Below are positions 1 to 12,515 of a stretch of 38,156 nucleotides of DNA, in pieces. Both the position numbers and the translations under genes were made by a program. The notes under the pieces are model-generated. The model ran no database searches and was not told the origin of the DNA. It was given only the letters and a program-made list of their open reading frames with translations. The DNA comes from Octopus sinensis (lineage: Eukaryota): NCBI RefSeq assembly GCF_006345805.1, contig NW_021835841.1, positions 1 to 38,156 on the forward strand, written 5' to 3'. How positions within the stretch are numbered: position 1 is the first letter of the stretch; each line of letters begins with the position of its first letter.

Positions 1-315
1 GATAGAAGGAGAGATGGATAGTATGATAGATAGAAGGATAGATTGATAGAAAGGCGAGATAGAAGGATAGATTGATAGATAGATAGACAGGAGGATAGAT
101 TGATAGAAAAGATTGATAGAAGGATAGATTGATAGAAAGATGATAGAATGATAGATTGATAGAAATGATTGATAGAAGGAGATATTGATAGTATGATAGA
201 TAGAAGGATAGATTGATAGAAAGGCGAGATAGAAGGATAGATTGATAGATAGATAGACAGTAGGATAGATTGATAGAAAAGATTGATTGAAGGAGAGATT
301 GATAGAAAGATAGAT
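1..315. repeat. Degenerate (GATA)n-derived satellite with a ~170-bp higher-order duplication
   Basis: GATAGA/GATTGATAGA units; block 1-141 recurs nearly identically at 171-311. Confidence 0.9.
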
Positions 316-1680
316 GGGTGTTACTGTTCCATTTGTGTTCTCTATTGAATTCCAGTCTGTCTACTGTTATGTGGGTAGCCTCTGTGCTCTAAGTGTCGAG
401 TGAGTTCAATTTGTCGATAGTACTTTAACCACTATGCTATTAATCATGCCTTCATGATCTGCCGGAGCATGTTGGTAGAGCTCTGGTGAGTGTTTCCCCT
501 CTTTGATCTCTCGCCAATGTTCACTTACACGCGCTATGCTGCGTGCAGTCTGTCCAATGTAGGAAGTTGTCATGTTTCTGCACCGCCCTTCAGTACAACG
601 TAAGCTATAATCTACACTCCTAACCTTACTATTAACATGTAGGTTCATCTATATACAACACAGTTGTACTCCGTACAGGGGGACATATCAAAGAGATAGG
701 TATTGCATATCAGGGATTTTAAACGGGCACCAGGCCCCTATACTACTTTAATACGTAGATAAGCCTTACTTAATATGTTTCTTAACATATGGGCTAGTTC
801 GCCGCCAAGGGTAGCGTCAAAGAACATGACACTCTGGTATTATTACCAATTGCTGGCATTATTTATCTTATTACTGCTCCTTACCGTGCTGTTCCAGAAT
901 TTAATCCTGTACGGCGGGCATATCCCTTTAGCTTCACTCATTATGATGGCTTTGTACTTAATCCTGGCTGCTTTGTACACTAATTCTGCCCCTTCTGTTG
1001 TAACCAAAGAACTACATGCGGTGGATGAAGTGTATGTGTCTTCCCAATACCATAGGGCCGCACACGGGAGAAGCTTTCCTCATCACTCTCACCAAGTCCG
1101 CTAAAAGAATGTTGAACTTGGCGTTGCCGCAATCGCTGCGTCCTTGTGGAGAAGGTACTCGTACATAGAGGGCATGGGATTAGCATAATAAGAGTGAAGG
1201 ATCTGAAGGTTACTGTTCTTCGTTTCTAGCCAGAGTTCAGTGTTTAAAACGGGTAATCAATAGCGAGGTTGCTTACCAGGGTAGTTTATCGCTATTTCTA
1301 TAATCTTGTTGATGGAATTATCTAATTGCTGGATGCTCTTCATAGTGTTAGCTTCTGAATCAAAATCGTCTTGAAGGGCTGATTTGGCTATTATGTTTAT
1401 ATCATCTACGTAGCGACAGTACGTGGTTAGGTTTATGGAGTTCCCTGGTAAAATTTCTTTAAGTCTCCTATCCCACCATACCATAAATGGGTTAGCCACA
1501 TCGCCAGCAATTCAGATACCGATGGCTGCACCATCGTCTGGGACGTATATCTTGGTATTTAACTTAAGTAAATGGCCCTTGAGTGCGACGTTGGTACTCG
1601 TATATAGAGTATGTGCGACTATCTTTTGAATTTGATCATTATTTTAGATAGATAGGTAGTTAGGGATAGCACCCATACAT
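316..1680 (-). mobile_element. Decayed Penelope-like element (reverse transcriptase + GIY-YIG endonuclease)
   Basis: Minus-strand translation gives KIYVPDDGAAIGI*IAGDVANPFMVWWD...YCRYVDDINII (PLE RT core) and VDYSLRCTEGRC...SYIGQTARSIARVSEH...EATHI...NREHKWN (GIY-YIG); stops and frameshifts present. Confidence 0.88.
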
Positions 1681-1717
1681 TTATAAAATAAATATATAGA
1701 TAAATACCTAAACAAAT

Positions 1718-1749
<32 letters not shown>

Positions 1750-1760
1750 ATATATATATA

Positions 1761-2046
1761 TGTATACAGACAACACGAGTGAATAGACAAACTAAAGAGG
1801 AGCACCTAACACATTTATTGGGAGTTACATGTATAGATCAAACATAAGACTAGCCACACGCTTGAAACGTATAGACAGCTGGATGTAGTTACAGAATAAA
1901 AAGTAGAAAAGAATACAGAATACGATAACTTAATAAAGATGTTATCGCCAGTTGTCTCAACACGATCTTAACTTTGGTAATATATGCATGATGCCATAGG
2001 CGCGTGTCGTTTCACACGTTCCTATCCAAAAGTGCAAGGTGCCACA
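1761..2046 (-). mobile_element. Possible solo LTR (~286 bp) between microsatellites
   Basis: Complex island starting TGT and ending ACA on the minus strand, with AATAAA about 50 nt from the 3' end; single copy, no TSD resolvable. Confidence 0.35.
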
Positions 2047-2090
2047 CACACACGCACGCATACATATAGACACACACACACACGCACACA

Positions 2091-2135
<45 letters not shown>

Positions 2136-2143
2136 CACATATA

Positions 2144-2181
<38 letters not shown>

Positions 2182-2488
2182 CATATACGTATATATATAC
2201 ATATTTATACATACATAGACATATATATATACTTATATATATATATATCATATATATATATACATATACATATATATACATATATACACACATATATATA
2301 TATACATATATACACATATATATATATACATATATATACATCTATATATATATACATATATATACATTATATATATAAATATATATACATATATATATTA
2401 TATAAACATATATATATACATATACATATTTATATATAATAATATATACATATATATATTATAATATATCATATATACATAAACATAT

Positions 2489-2519
<31 letters not shown>

Positions 2520-2537
2520 CATATATATACATTATAT
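2044..2537. repeat. Compound (CA)n/(TA)n microsatellite
   Basis: Direct reading. Confidence 0.95.
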
Positions 2538-2851
2538 CATCGGATTGTCTATGTACTACCTCTGTCAAATGAATACACCAAATTCAGCCTTTCATTTTTT
2601 TATAATCTGTACCATTTTTGGTTACGAAATAAGCTACACAAAACATGGTTTGTGAATTACGTGCATTTGTTGAGTTGAAAACATCCCTTTAATACTTCAC
2701 CTAACGTCTATGTTGCATGTCGGTATGGGTTGCAGAGTTACGTGGAAAGTAGCTATCTCAGCTACTCGCAGTTGAGACCTGCGTAATCTAGACGGTGTTT
2801 TTAAATCTCATCATTCTCATTAACCTGAGCAACGACGGGTATTTCTGCTAG
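2538..2851 (+). mobile_element. Non-autonomous Helitron-like element, 3' terminus
   Basis: Subterminal imperfect hairpin ACCTGAGCAACGACGGGT (2823-2840), then CTAG (2848-2851) followed by T; 5' boundary uncertain. Confidence 0.65.
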
Positions 2852-3035
2852 TATGTATGTATGTATGCATGCATGCATTCATGCATGTGTGCATGTGCTA
2901 GCCATTAACAGAGCTCTACATACAGGAAACATGAAGTTTTGAAAGCCTATACAAACCTTTTCGTGAACAAATAATAAAAACAAAGCCATTTAATGCATAT
3001 TCTCTCGGAGGGAAACAATCGGAAACGTCGAAATC

Positions 3036-3242
3036 ACTCTTTACTCTTTTACTCTTTTACTTGTTTCAGTCATTTGACTGCGGCCATGCTGGAGCACTGC
3101 CTTTAGTCGAGCAAATCGACCCCGGGACTTATTTCTTTTGTAAGCCCAGTACTTATTCTATCGGTTTCTTTTTGCCGAACCGCTAAGTGACGGGGGACGT
3201 AAACACACCAGCATCGGTTGTCAAGCAATGCTAGGGGGACAA

Positions 3243-3297
<55 letters not shown>

Positions 3298-3464
3298 CAT
3301 ATATACGACAAGCTTCTTTCAGTTTCCGTCTACCAAATCCACTCACAAGGCATTGGTCGGCCCGGGGCTATAGCAGAAGACACTTGCCCAAGATGCCACG
3401 CAGTGGGACTGAACCCGGAACCATGTGGTTGGTTAGCAAGCTACTTACCACGCAGCCACTCCTG
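3036..3464 (-). mobile_element. tRNA-derived SINE, family A (internal CA/TA microsatellite, AAGAGTA tail)
   Basis: Minus-strand head with A-box TGGCTGCGTGG and B-box GGTTCAGTCCC; six homologous copies in the window. Confidence 0.9.
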
Positions 3465-4200
3465 TTACACTTATCGTAATAAATGTTAATAAAAATGCAG
3501 TCTATTCAAAATATTTAACATTCTATCGGTTTAATGTTAAGTTGTTTCGATACACACATACACTCATAATTATATATGTTCGTGTGCCTGTGTATGTGCG
3601 TATGTAAACGTGTGAACGTTTATATGAAGACTTGTAGTAATATATATCCATAGGTTTATATGTTTATATGTTTATAAAAATCTATATGGGTGTGTGTGCG
3701 TTTGTGTATGTGCGTATATGCGACTGGATAAAGCAATATAACATCATTATATGTTTCCAATATGGTCGAAACCCATTGGCTGATGTTTTGTAATAGAGAA
3801 ACAACGTATGTAAGAAGACAATAGATATTTTCGACGTGTTAAAATTGCTTAATACAGTCTCGGACAATGGAGAGCTCAGATGCGGAGATATTTAAAATTA
3901 GCACCTGATCTGTTGAACTAGTCTTCATACATTGCAAGAAGCGTTAAGAATGGAATTATTTAAAGTGAGAATTTGTAAGAAAAATTGCTGAAAAGGTCGT
4001 ACCTCCATTGGCAACGGGGCATATATATATATATGGACATTGCTTAAGACATTTATGTCTAAAATTTCAGAGAAGATTGCATGTTTGTCTTTTCAGTTCA
4101 CTTTAACAATTAACATCTGTACAAACACATTCGTATCTACGGATATGGTCATAAATATATGTGTTGCTTGTTTTATTTCTGTGTGCCTGCTAAGTGTTTA

Positions 4201-4521
4201 GAAGGCGCATGGCTCAGTGGTTAGAACGTCGAGCTTACGATCGTGAAGTTGTGAGTTCGATTCCTGGACCGTGTTGCGTTCTTGAGCAAGACGCTTATTT
4301 TACCTTGCTCCAGTTCAGTCAGCTGTAGAAATGAGTTGCGATCAGTCCCAAGCAGTATAGGCCTTTGCCTTTCACTTGGATAACATCGGTGGCTCGAAGG
4401 AGGGAGGCTGCTATGCATGGGCGATTGCTGATGTTCCATAAACAACTTTTCCCGGACTTGTGCCTTGGAGGGTAACTTTGTAGGTGCAATCCCATGGTCA
4501 TTCATGACCGAAGGGGGTCTC
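4201..4521 (+). mobile_element. tRNA-derived SINE, family B, full length with 9-bp TSD
   Basis: A-box TGGCTCAGTGG, B-box GTTCGATTCC; AAGTGTTTA duplicated at 4192-4200 and 4522-4530. Confidence 0.9.
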
Positions 4522-5103
4522 AAGTGTTTACACAGTAACATTTCCAATGTAGAAACAAAAATACAAACATATCTACATACACACACTGAGGTATATTGAT
4601 GGATAAATATATAGACAGACAGATACCTAGCTAGCTAGACAGATATTCCACATATAAGTTTTCTCATGGTTTCATACCATAATCTGGAATCAAGGTCTTG
4701 GTTACCTTTACTTCTATGATTCAAACATTTAAAGAGTTTAAATTTAAAAAAAAGATAAATAGATGAATGATTGGATGGATTGATGGACGGATAGAGAGAG
4801 AAAGCGATGGTGAGAGGGTGGGATAGGTGGATGTTCCCAGAGTTCACGGGAAAAGAACACCATAATCATAAAAGAAAGAACAAAAATGAAAGCCAAACAG
4901 ACGATATGTAGATAAACATGAAAGATGTAGGTGAGTTTGAAAGAAAGGTTATGTAGATGAATTGTACATCATTCACAAAAGAATAGAAAATGTCGAAGAA
5001 GAGGTAAAGGCGAAAATTAAGGTAGAATTAGGAAGAATGTTAGATAAAGAATAAGTGTGCCTTGTTAGTAGAGTATCTGACTTAGATTTCTTTCTTTTCT
5101 CTC

Positions 5104-5313
5104 TCTCTTTTACTTGTTTCATTCATTTGACTGCGGCCATGCTGGAGCACCGCCTTTAATTGAGCAACTAGACCCCGGGACTTATTCTTTTGTAAGCCCA
5201 GTACTTATTCTATCGGTCTCTTTTGTCGAACCGCCAAGTAACGGGACATAAAAACACGAGCATTGGTTGTCAAGCAATGCTAGAGGGACAAACACTACAC
5301 ACAAACACAAACA

Positions 5314-5374
<61 letters not shown>

Positions 5375-5529
5375 GTATATACGACGGTTTTCGTTCAGTT
5401 TCCGTCTACCAAACCCACTCACAAGGCTTTAGTCGGCCCGAGGCTATAGTACAAGACACTTGTCCAAGGTGCCGCACAATGGGACTCAACCTGGAACCAT
5501 GTGGCTGGTAAACAAGCTACTTACCACAG
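5104..5529 (-). mobile_element. SINE family A copy
   Basis: Homologous along its length to 3036-3464. Confidence 0.9.
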
Positions 5530-6213
5530 TTTTATTGTGAATTATTTAACAACACTTGAATACTATTGTCAAATAGTGTTGAGAATCGTAGCAAGAATTC
5601 GAAATTCAAAATTCGGATTAGGGGACTTCATTCAGTACCGTAGTGAAGCAAAGCGTTCTGGGGTGTTTCAGCAAGAAATAACAGAAATCAAAGCCTGAGA
5701 ATCTTAATATCGGTAAAAAAAATATATTTCGCGCATAATGAGTAAAATATTATTTTATTCAAGCGCTTGTAATTATAATAGTAAAGTCTCTTTATTAGTA
5801 TTACGAAGTATTAAACTTTGGAAGCAATCATGACAACTTCAATCTTATTTGACCTCTTTAGCAAAGACCAAGCCTTTGGCTGATGTAATAACATCGGAAA
5901 AGACAAATAATATTAATGATTAGTATTAAAATTGTTTCGTGATATACGGGTAAATCACGTAGTGAAAAATATAATTAATCATTTTGTATATTTCTGTATC
6001 ATTAAACTTTTTGCTGACGGAATTTCCAGAGTTCACCAACATCCACCTTCATATCAATATTTCATTAGCTTATTAGCATTAATAGCATCTATTATTACCC
6101 TTCTGGTTGTAAGAAGAATTGATTAAAAATTACGTTTGCTTGCAACTATACACCCAGAGCACCATTGCGAAATTATCCCACGTCACAAGTCCACACGCAT
6201 GCATACCCATTCA

Positions 6214-6305
6214 CACATACATACATACACACAACACATAACGATATATATGTATATATATATGTATATATATGTATATATATATATATATATAGATAGA
6301 TAGAT

Positions 6306-6356
<51 letters not shown>

Positions 6357-6370
6357 TATAGATAGATAGT

Positions 6371-6401
<31 letters not shown>

Positions 6402-6433
6402 TTAGATAGATAGATAGATAGATAGATAGATAC

Positions 6434-6482
<49 letters not shown>

Positions 6483-6790
6483 CGGATAGATAGATGCACG
6501 GACACGCATATATGTATGCATACGTACATATATGTATGCAAAGTACTCATTACGTATATATATGTAAAGATATATGAATACAGACGTAGAAATATATTTG
6601 CATGTAATCTATGTATATATACATGCATCTATATATCTATCTCTATATATATGTATGTGTGTGTGTGTTTATATATATATATATATATATATACATAGAC
6701 ATATACAAATATATTATAAACAAGAAACACATAAAATAAGCCCCATTGGTACAGTGATGCAGAATATAAAGAGACATACACCACACACTC

Positions 6791-6820
<30 letters not shown>
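6214..6820. repeat. Compound microsatellite with (GATA)n core at ~6293-6495
   Basis: Direct reading. Confidence 0.95.
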
Positions 6821-6821
<1 letters not shown>

Positions 6822-8511
6822 CAGAAATAAATGTCAATACAATGCATAAACGTAAACAGATACATGCACAAACATATAATGGCACACACAAGCATACAGA
6901 GGAAAAAGAGATACACTCACACACAGAAAAGACGACCATACATACAGAAATTGAATAAACAAGAACAAGATATATGTTAACGAAATTTATTGATTTAGTT
7001 CAGTGAAGTATAACCGTAAATAGTTTTATATGGATTATATTCCGCTGTTTCGGGTTATTTATTCCTAGTGTGAGTCTTCTAATCCATTCCTCATTAGAAT
7101 TCCTGAAGGATTAAGGAAACTATTTAGAATATTATTTGATCAACCATTGACTAAAAATATTATTGTTATAGCAATATATCAATTAATTTACGCATTAACT
7201 GGTGTCAGAAATATAGAAATAAAATAAAACGAAATTGAAGCAAACGGACAATTTTTACAATTCTTGCTTTATACCATGGGAAAATTTATAAAATTCCGTG
7301 TTTGTGGAAGCGATAAATAAATGAAATATTGAAATATTGGAATAGTTCATGATTGTATTAAAATTGTAATTGAATATTGTAATTGTGTTTGTATGTTACG
7401 ATGCTGTTAGTAATGTTCCAACAAACTTAAAACTAACCTGTTATTTTATTCCTCCACATCCTATTAAGAGGGGAGTGTTGTCTGCCCGATAAGACAGGAG
7501 GGTTGCATCCTTCTAGGTCTAAAAGAATTCGAGGGGTCGTAATGTAAACAGCGGTTTATAGTATACTCCAATAGTCTGGGCGATAGAGTGATACAATTGA
7601 ACATGGTTATACCTGTATATATCAAAGATGGCAGAAAATTTTCGGATCGTAAAACACTGCAGTGCTGAATTTTAGATTTGGAATTTTCAGCGGTGGCAAA
7701 TATATCGAGAAATTCCTTTTGGCTCATCGCCGATTACCCACCTCTCCAGAATGAGCAGCTGTACTGCAGACTCTAGGCTATTGGCCATTTAGTCTTATGA
7801 TTTTTCTTTCTTCTGTTTCCTTTTCCTTTCTCCGATTTTCACCCTTCTACCTGTTACATCTACTCCTTTCTCGCTTTTTCACTTTGGGGAGGCACATCGT
7901 CCTGTTCTTTGCTTGTTATGCCATGTGAGCATAGTATTCTGATTGCGTAAAAGCACCAGACGTGTTAAAAATTCTGCCTGAGATGTTTCCATCTCCAAAA
8001 TATATATTACATAGCTCAAAAATATATATTACATTTATCAAATATTAACTATATCATACCAGATGGAGCCCATTTTTAAAAATCTTACTATCAGGGGACA
8101 ATAAAGTCCATACATACATACACACACTCATATGTCATTTCTGTCCCTATATATATGGACGAGTGAGCCAAATATTATTTATCGCAGTCCTGACTACCTT
8201 CCTATACTTGATCTAACATGAATTTTGCACGCCACTTCAGACTATGTATACATGCATATACACATGTGGGTATGCCTGTGTGTATATATGTGTGTGTATA
8301 AGTGTGTCTGTGTATATGTCTATTTTATGTTATATTCTGTTTACATACGTTAGAAGTGGAAGGTAGCCTTCGAATTCTTTCAGCAACAAGGGCCACAGGG
8401 AGCCAAAGGGGTCAGTTTTCCACATTCTCCGTGGGGAATGGCGATTTTGACGTCTGTATCTAGCATACAGGCTGTCCACTTTTAGAGGTCAATCCTCTAA
8501 ATTTTGTATAT

Positions 8512-8918
8512 ACTCTTTACTCTTTTACTAGTTTCAGTCATTTGACTGCGGCCATGCTGGAGCACCGCCTTTTAGTCGAGCAAATCGACCCCGGGACTTA
8601 TTCTTTGTAAGCCCAGTACTTATTCTATCGGTCTCTTTTGCCGAACCGCTAAGTGACGGGGTCGTAAACTTACCAGCATCGGTTGTCAAGCAATGCTAGG
8701 GGGACAAACACAGACACACAAACACACACACATATATATATATATACATATATACGACAGGCTTCTTTCAGTTTCCGTCTACCAAATCCACTCACAAGGC
8801 ATTGGTCGGCCCGGGGCTATAGCAGAAGACACTTGCCCAAGGTGCCACCCAGTGGGACTGAACCCGGAACCATGTGGTTGGTTAGCAAGCTACTTACCAC
8901 ACAGCCACTCCTGCGCCT
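8512..8918 (-). mobile_element. SINE family A copy, full length
   Basis: Near-identical to 3036-3464 and includes the 5' AGGCGCAGG start; flanked by TA repeats. Confidence 0.92.
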
Positions 8919-9181
8919 ATATATATATATATGATTCTTAAATGTGTTCAGTTTTTAAGCTGTTATGTGTGGGTAATGCGCATTACCATAATTTTCAATT
9001 GTTCTCAAATATTAGAAGCACACGCCAAATCAGTATTAATCGATTGAAGATCGAATAATTCATAGTAGTTTCGAGCCCTATAACTTGTAATAAGTCAAGT
9101 CAAACTAGCTAATGATATTTCGAAATCGTAGGTATTAAATGATTTGAAATTAATTATCATCATTTCATTTGACTTCATTAT

Positions 9182-9284
<103 letters not shown>

Positions 9285-9854
9285 ATTATGTTTTGAGCAC
9301 TTTGTGTGTGTGATTTTGAAGCGAAAATCGATCTGGATCTTTAATCATAAACCGCACGTACAGCAAGCTGTGAATGTTGTCTGTTGACGCTTCACCATGC
9401 TGGATAAGCACAGTTACCAAATACCTGAGCTGACTATTTAGTCACATTTTTGTAAATGATATTTTCACCAACTCGTCTGAAGCAGTATTCTTCTCTCGTA
9501 TAAGTGCATAGAATATCTCAGACCAGCATACATTTTCAATACATTATATTAAAGTACACTACGTTCAGTTCATGAAGTCTTCTTTGTATATTTTGTATTT
9601 CATGCGACTCGTTATTTTATTTTTTTCAAATGTATATAAGTTTTATTTTCTGTATGTTATAATTTGCTGTTCTTCAATGCTGTTTCACTGTGATACTGTA
9701 AAGAATTTATTGACGAATATACATCTGGACAGCCCATTATACCTGCGACGCGTTTCTTATATAATTCAAGTTGATACGAGACAGCATTAGTCATGATTCT
9801 ACATTCTTCATTGTTTGTTTAACCTAACATTTCCTGAAGGTACAAATTAACAAA

Positions 9855-10290
<436 letters not shown>

Positions 10291-10845
10291 AAGAATGAGA
10301 TCGTTTACATTTCTCATTTACACACATGTAGTGAACGCAAACCGGCATATATGTGTATGTGTGTGTATGTGTGTATTTATATATGAATGTAAATATGTAT
10401 GTATACATGTTTTTTTACTCGGCAGAATTTACTAGATGACAAGCCTCGAGAATTTCGTGCGCCATAGTTATTAAACTCTCGGCCCTTGAGTTACATTCTA
10501 ATCTATTAGAAATAATACTCAGTAATATTTTTCATCTACGTTAACACAATCCAACACATTAGCACGGTTATGTATGTAAACATTATATATCAGATCCGTC
10601 GATGTTTTATCAAGAATGACTAAGTTTTAACCAAGAAATTCTCATAGACGTCCTTTTACTTACATAATATATATTCAAACATAGAACCTGACAATCAATG
10701 CTCTAAATGGTCATGTAGTCTGAGCTTACAGGGGAACAATATTACTATCATAAAATGTGGCTCCATAATGTTCCATAATGCTCCATAATGAATTTCTCGT
10801 TAATTTGAAATATTCAAAATAATCAAGAGGGAATATTTATTTGTA

Positions 10846-11051
10846 ATCTAGGCACAAGACTCGAAATTTCTGGTGAGGGTGGGCAGTCAAGTAGATCGAC
10901 CTCAGTAAGCCACTGGTACTTAATTTATCGACACCGAAAGGATGAAAGGCAAAGACGAACTCAGCAGGATTTGAACCCACAACTTTAAGGCAGACGAAAA
11001 ACTGCTAAGCATTTCGCCCGGCGTGCTAACGTTTCTGCCAGCACGCCGCCT
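10846..11051 (-). mobile_element. tRNA-derived SINE, family C (Nin/Deu-domain-like core)
   Basis: Head GGCGGCGTGCTGGCAGAAACGTTAGCACG, B-box GGTTCAAATCC, core TTTGCCTTTCATCCTTTCGGTGTCGATAAATTAAGTACCAG, tail CTTGTGCCTAGA. Confidence 0.85.
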
Positions 11052-11052
11052 T

Positions 11053-11329
11053 AAATATTCTTTGATACTCTAGGCACAAGGCCCGAAATTGAAATTTTAG
11101 GGGAGGTGCCAGTCGAGTAGATCGACACCAGTGCGCAACTGGTACTTAATTTATCGACTACGAAAGGATGAAAGGCAAAGTCGACCTCGGCGATGGAATT
11201 TGAACGCAGAACGTAGACGGACGAAATACCTATTTCTTTACTGTCCACAAGAGGCTGCACACAGAGGGGACAAACAAGGACAGACAAACGAATTAAGTCG
11301 ATTATATCCACCCTAGTGCTCACCGCCTT
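11053..11329 (-). mobile_element. SINE family C, dimeric copy with internal deletion in the first monomer
   Basis: GGCGGTGAGC head is fused directly to the post-core region and tail 1, then a second core and tail 2. Confidence 0.8.
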
Positions 11330-11744
11330 ACAATTAAAGAATATGAGGTGATCTGTTCAAATATACCAATGAACAACGAAGTAACGTAAATGCGTGTATG
11401 GAAAATATTTGTCTACGACAATATCCTGATTAAATGATCACAGGCAGATTAATAAAAAAAACTTAGGAAGGAAGGAATTCTAGTACTAGGTTCATATGAG
11501 CATTGATTTATTTGGTTAATATGTTATCAGCATTCGTTCTTTCAACCGAAACATACGACACGGACTCGGGCTTCCGGGTTGCGCAACAAAAATTTGAAGA
11601 CCTAGATTTTCGACTTTCTCTCACTAAATGATAGATACAAAACAGAGGTACATACATGCACATGTATCAACACACACACACACACACACACACACAAATA
11701 GAAACACATATGTTTGTATGTATAACTTTTATCTTATAACTTTT

Positions 11745-12088
11745 GTTTTACCGGTTTCAGTCATTGGACTGCGGCCATGTTTGGACACCGACCTGAAATA
11801 TTCAATGGAGTGAATCGACGCCAGCATTTATTTTTTTTAAATTTACGGGGATACAAACACACCAACACAGATTGTCAAGTGGTGATGATGGCAAGAAGAT
11901 AAGCACAGACAAACGCACACACACCCACCCACACACATATATATAGGTATATATACGACAGGCTTGTTTTAGTTTCCATCTACAAAATCCACTCAGAAGG
12001 CTTTGGTCGGCACGAGGCTGTAGTAGAAGGCATTTGCACAATGTGTTACGCTGTCGGATGAACCTGGAACCACGTGGTTGGGAAGCAA
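11745..12088 (-). mobile_element. SINE family A, diverged copy
   Basis: Recognisable blocks GTTTCAGTCATT, CTGCGGCCATG, TATACGACAGGCTT, GGCTTTGGTCGGC. Confidence 0.8.
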
Positions 12089-12162
12089 TATTCACACATA
12101 CACACACACACACGCGCACACACACATATATATATATATAGAGAGAGATAGATACATAGATA

Positions 12163-12515
12163 AGTTTCTTTATTGGCCACACAGGGCTGCACACAGATGG
12201 GACAAGTTACAAGGTAGAGCTTTTCTTTTGGGGGATGAAAAATACAAAAAACAAAAAAAAGGGGGGTGGCGTAGGTTTTCGATCAAGAGGGATCGTAAAA
12301 GGGAAGAAAAGAACAAAAAAAAAGAAATAAATAAAATAAAAAAAGAAAAGGAAAAGGAACAAAAGAAAAGAGAAATGGACAAAGAAGAAAAAAGGGGAAA
12401 AAAAGGGGAAGAGGAAAAAAAACGATCAATAGGGATCGTGTATCACAGTGTTATGATATATGGTGTAAAGGGGAAAGCAAGTAAGTTTTATCCGCTGGGA
12501 GAAAAGCCTACGAAA
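12163..12515 (-). mobile_element. 3' end (UTR) of a probable non-LTR retroposon inserted in a (GATA)n tract
   Basis: T-rich on the minus strand, ends GCAGCCCTGTGTGGCCAATAAAGAAA; GATA repeats on both sides; terminal 41 nt shared with SINE family C tail 1. Confidence 0.6.

Noticed and set aside
775-1104. 109-aa hydrophobic ORF resembling a membrane protein
   Set aside because: Antisense to the Penelope-like ORF
1984-2439. Long YI/HT/I-rich ORFs here and at 6173, 13715, 14403, 20537, 21435, 28763 and elsewhere
   Set aside because: Translations of microsatellites with no coding complexity
3228-3479. Recurrent peptide RQASFSFRLPNPLTRHWSARG (also 8683, 18892) suggesting a gene family
   Set aside because: Antisense reading of SINE family A copies
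4203-4270. tRNA gene candidates (also ~35410-35470 and SINE A/C heads)
   Set aside because: A/B boxes are present but there is no complete acceptor stem, and the sequence continues into SINE bodies
10760-10790. Three copies of a 10-bp unit (CTCCATAATG-like)
   Set aside because: Ordinary short slippage duplication
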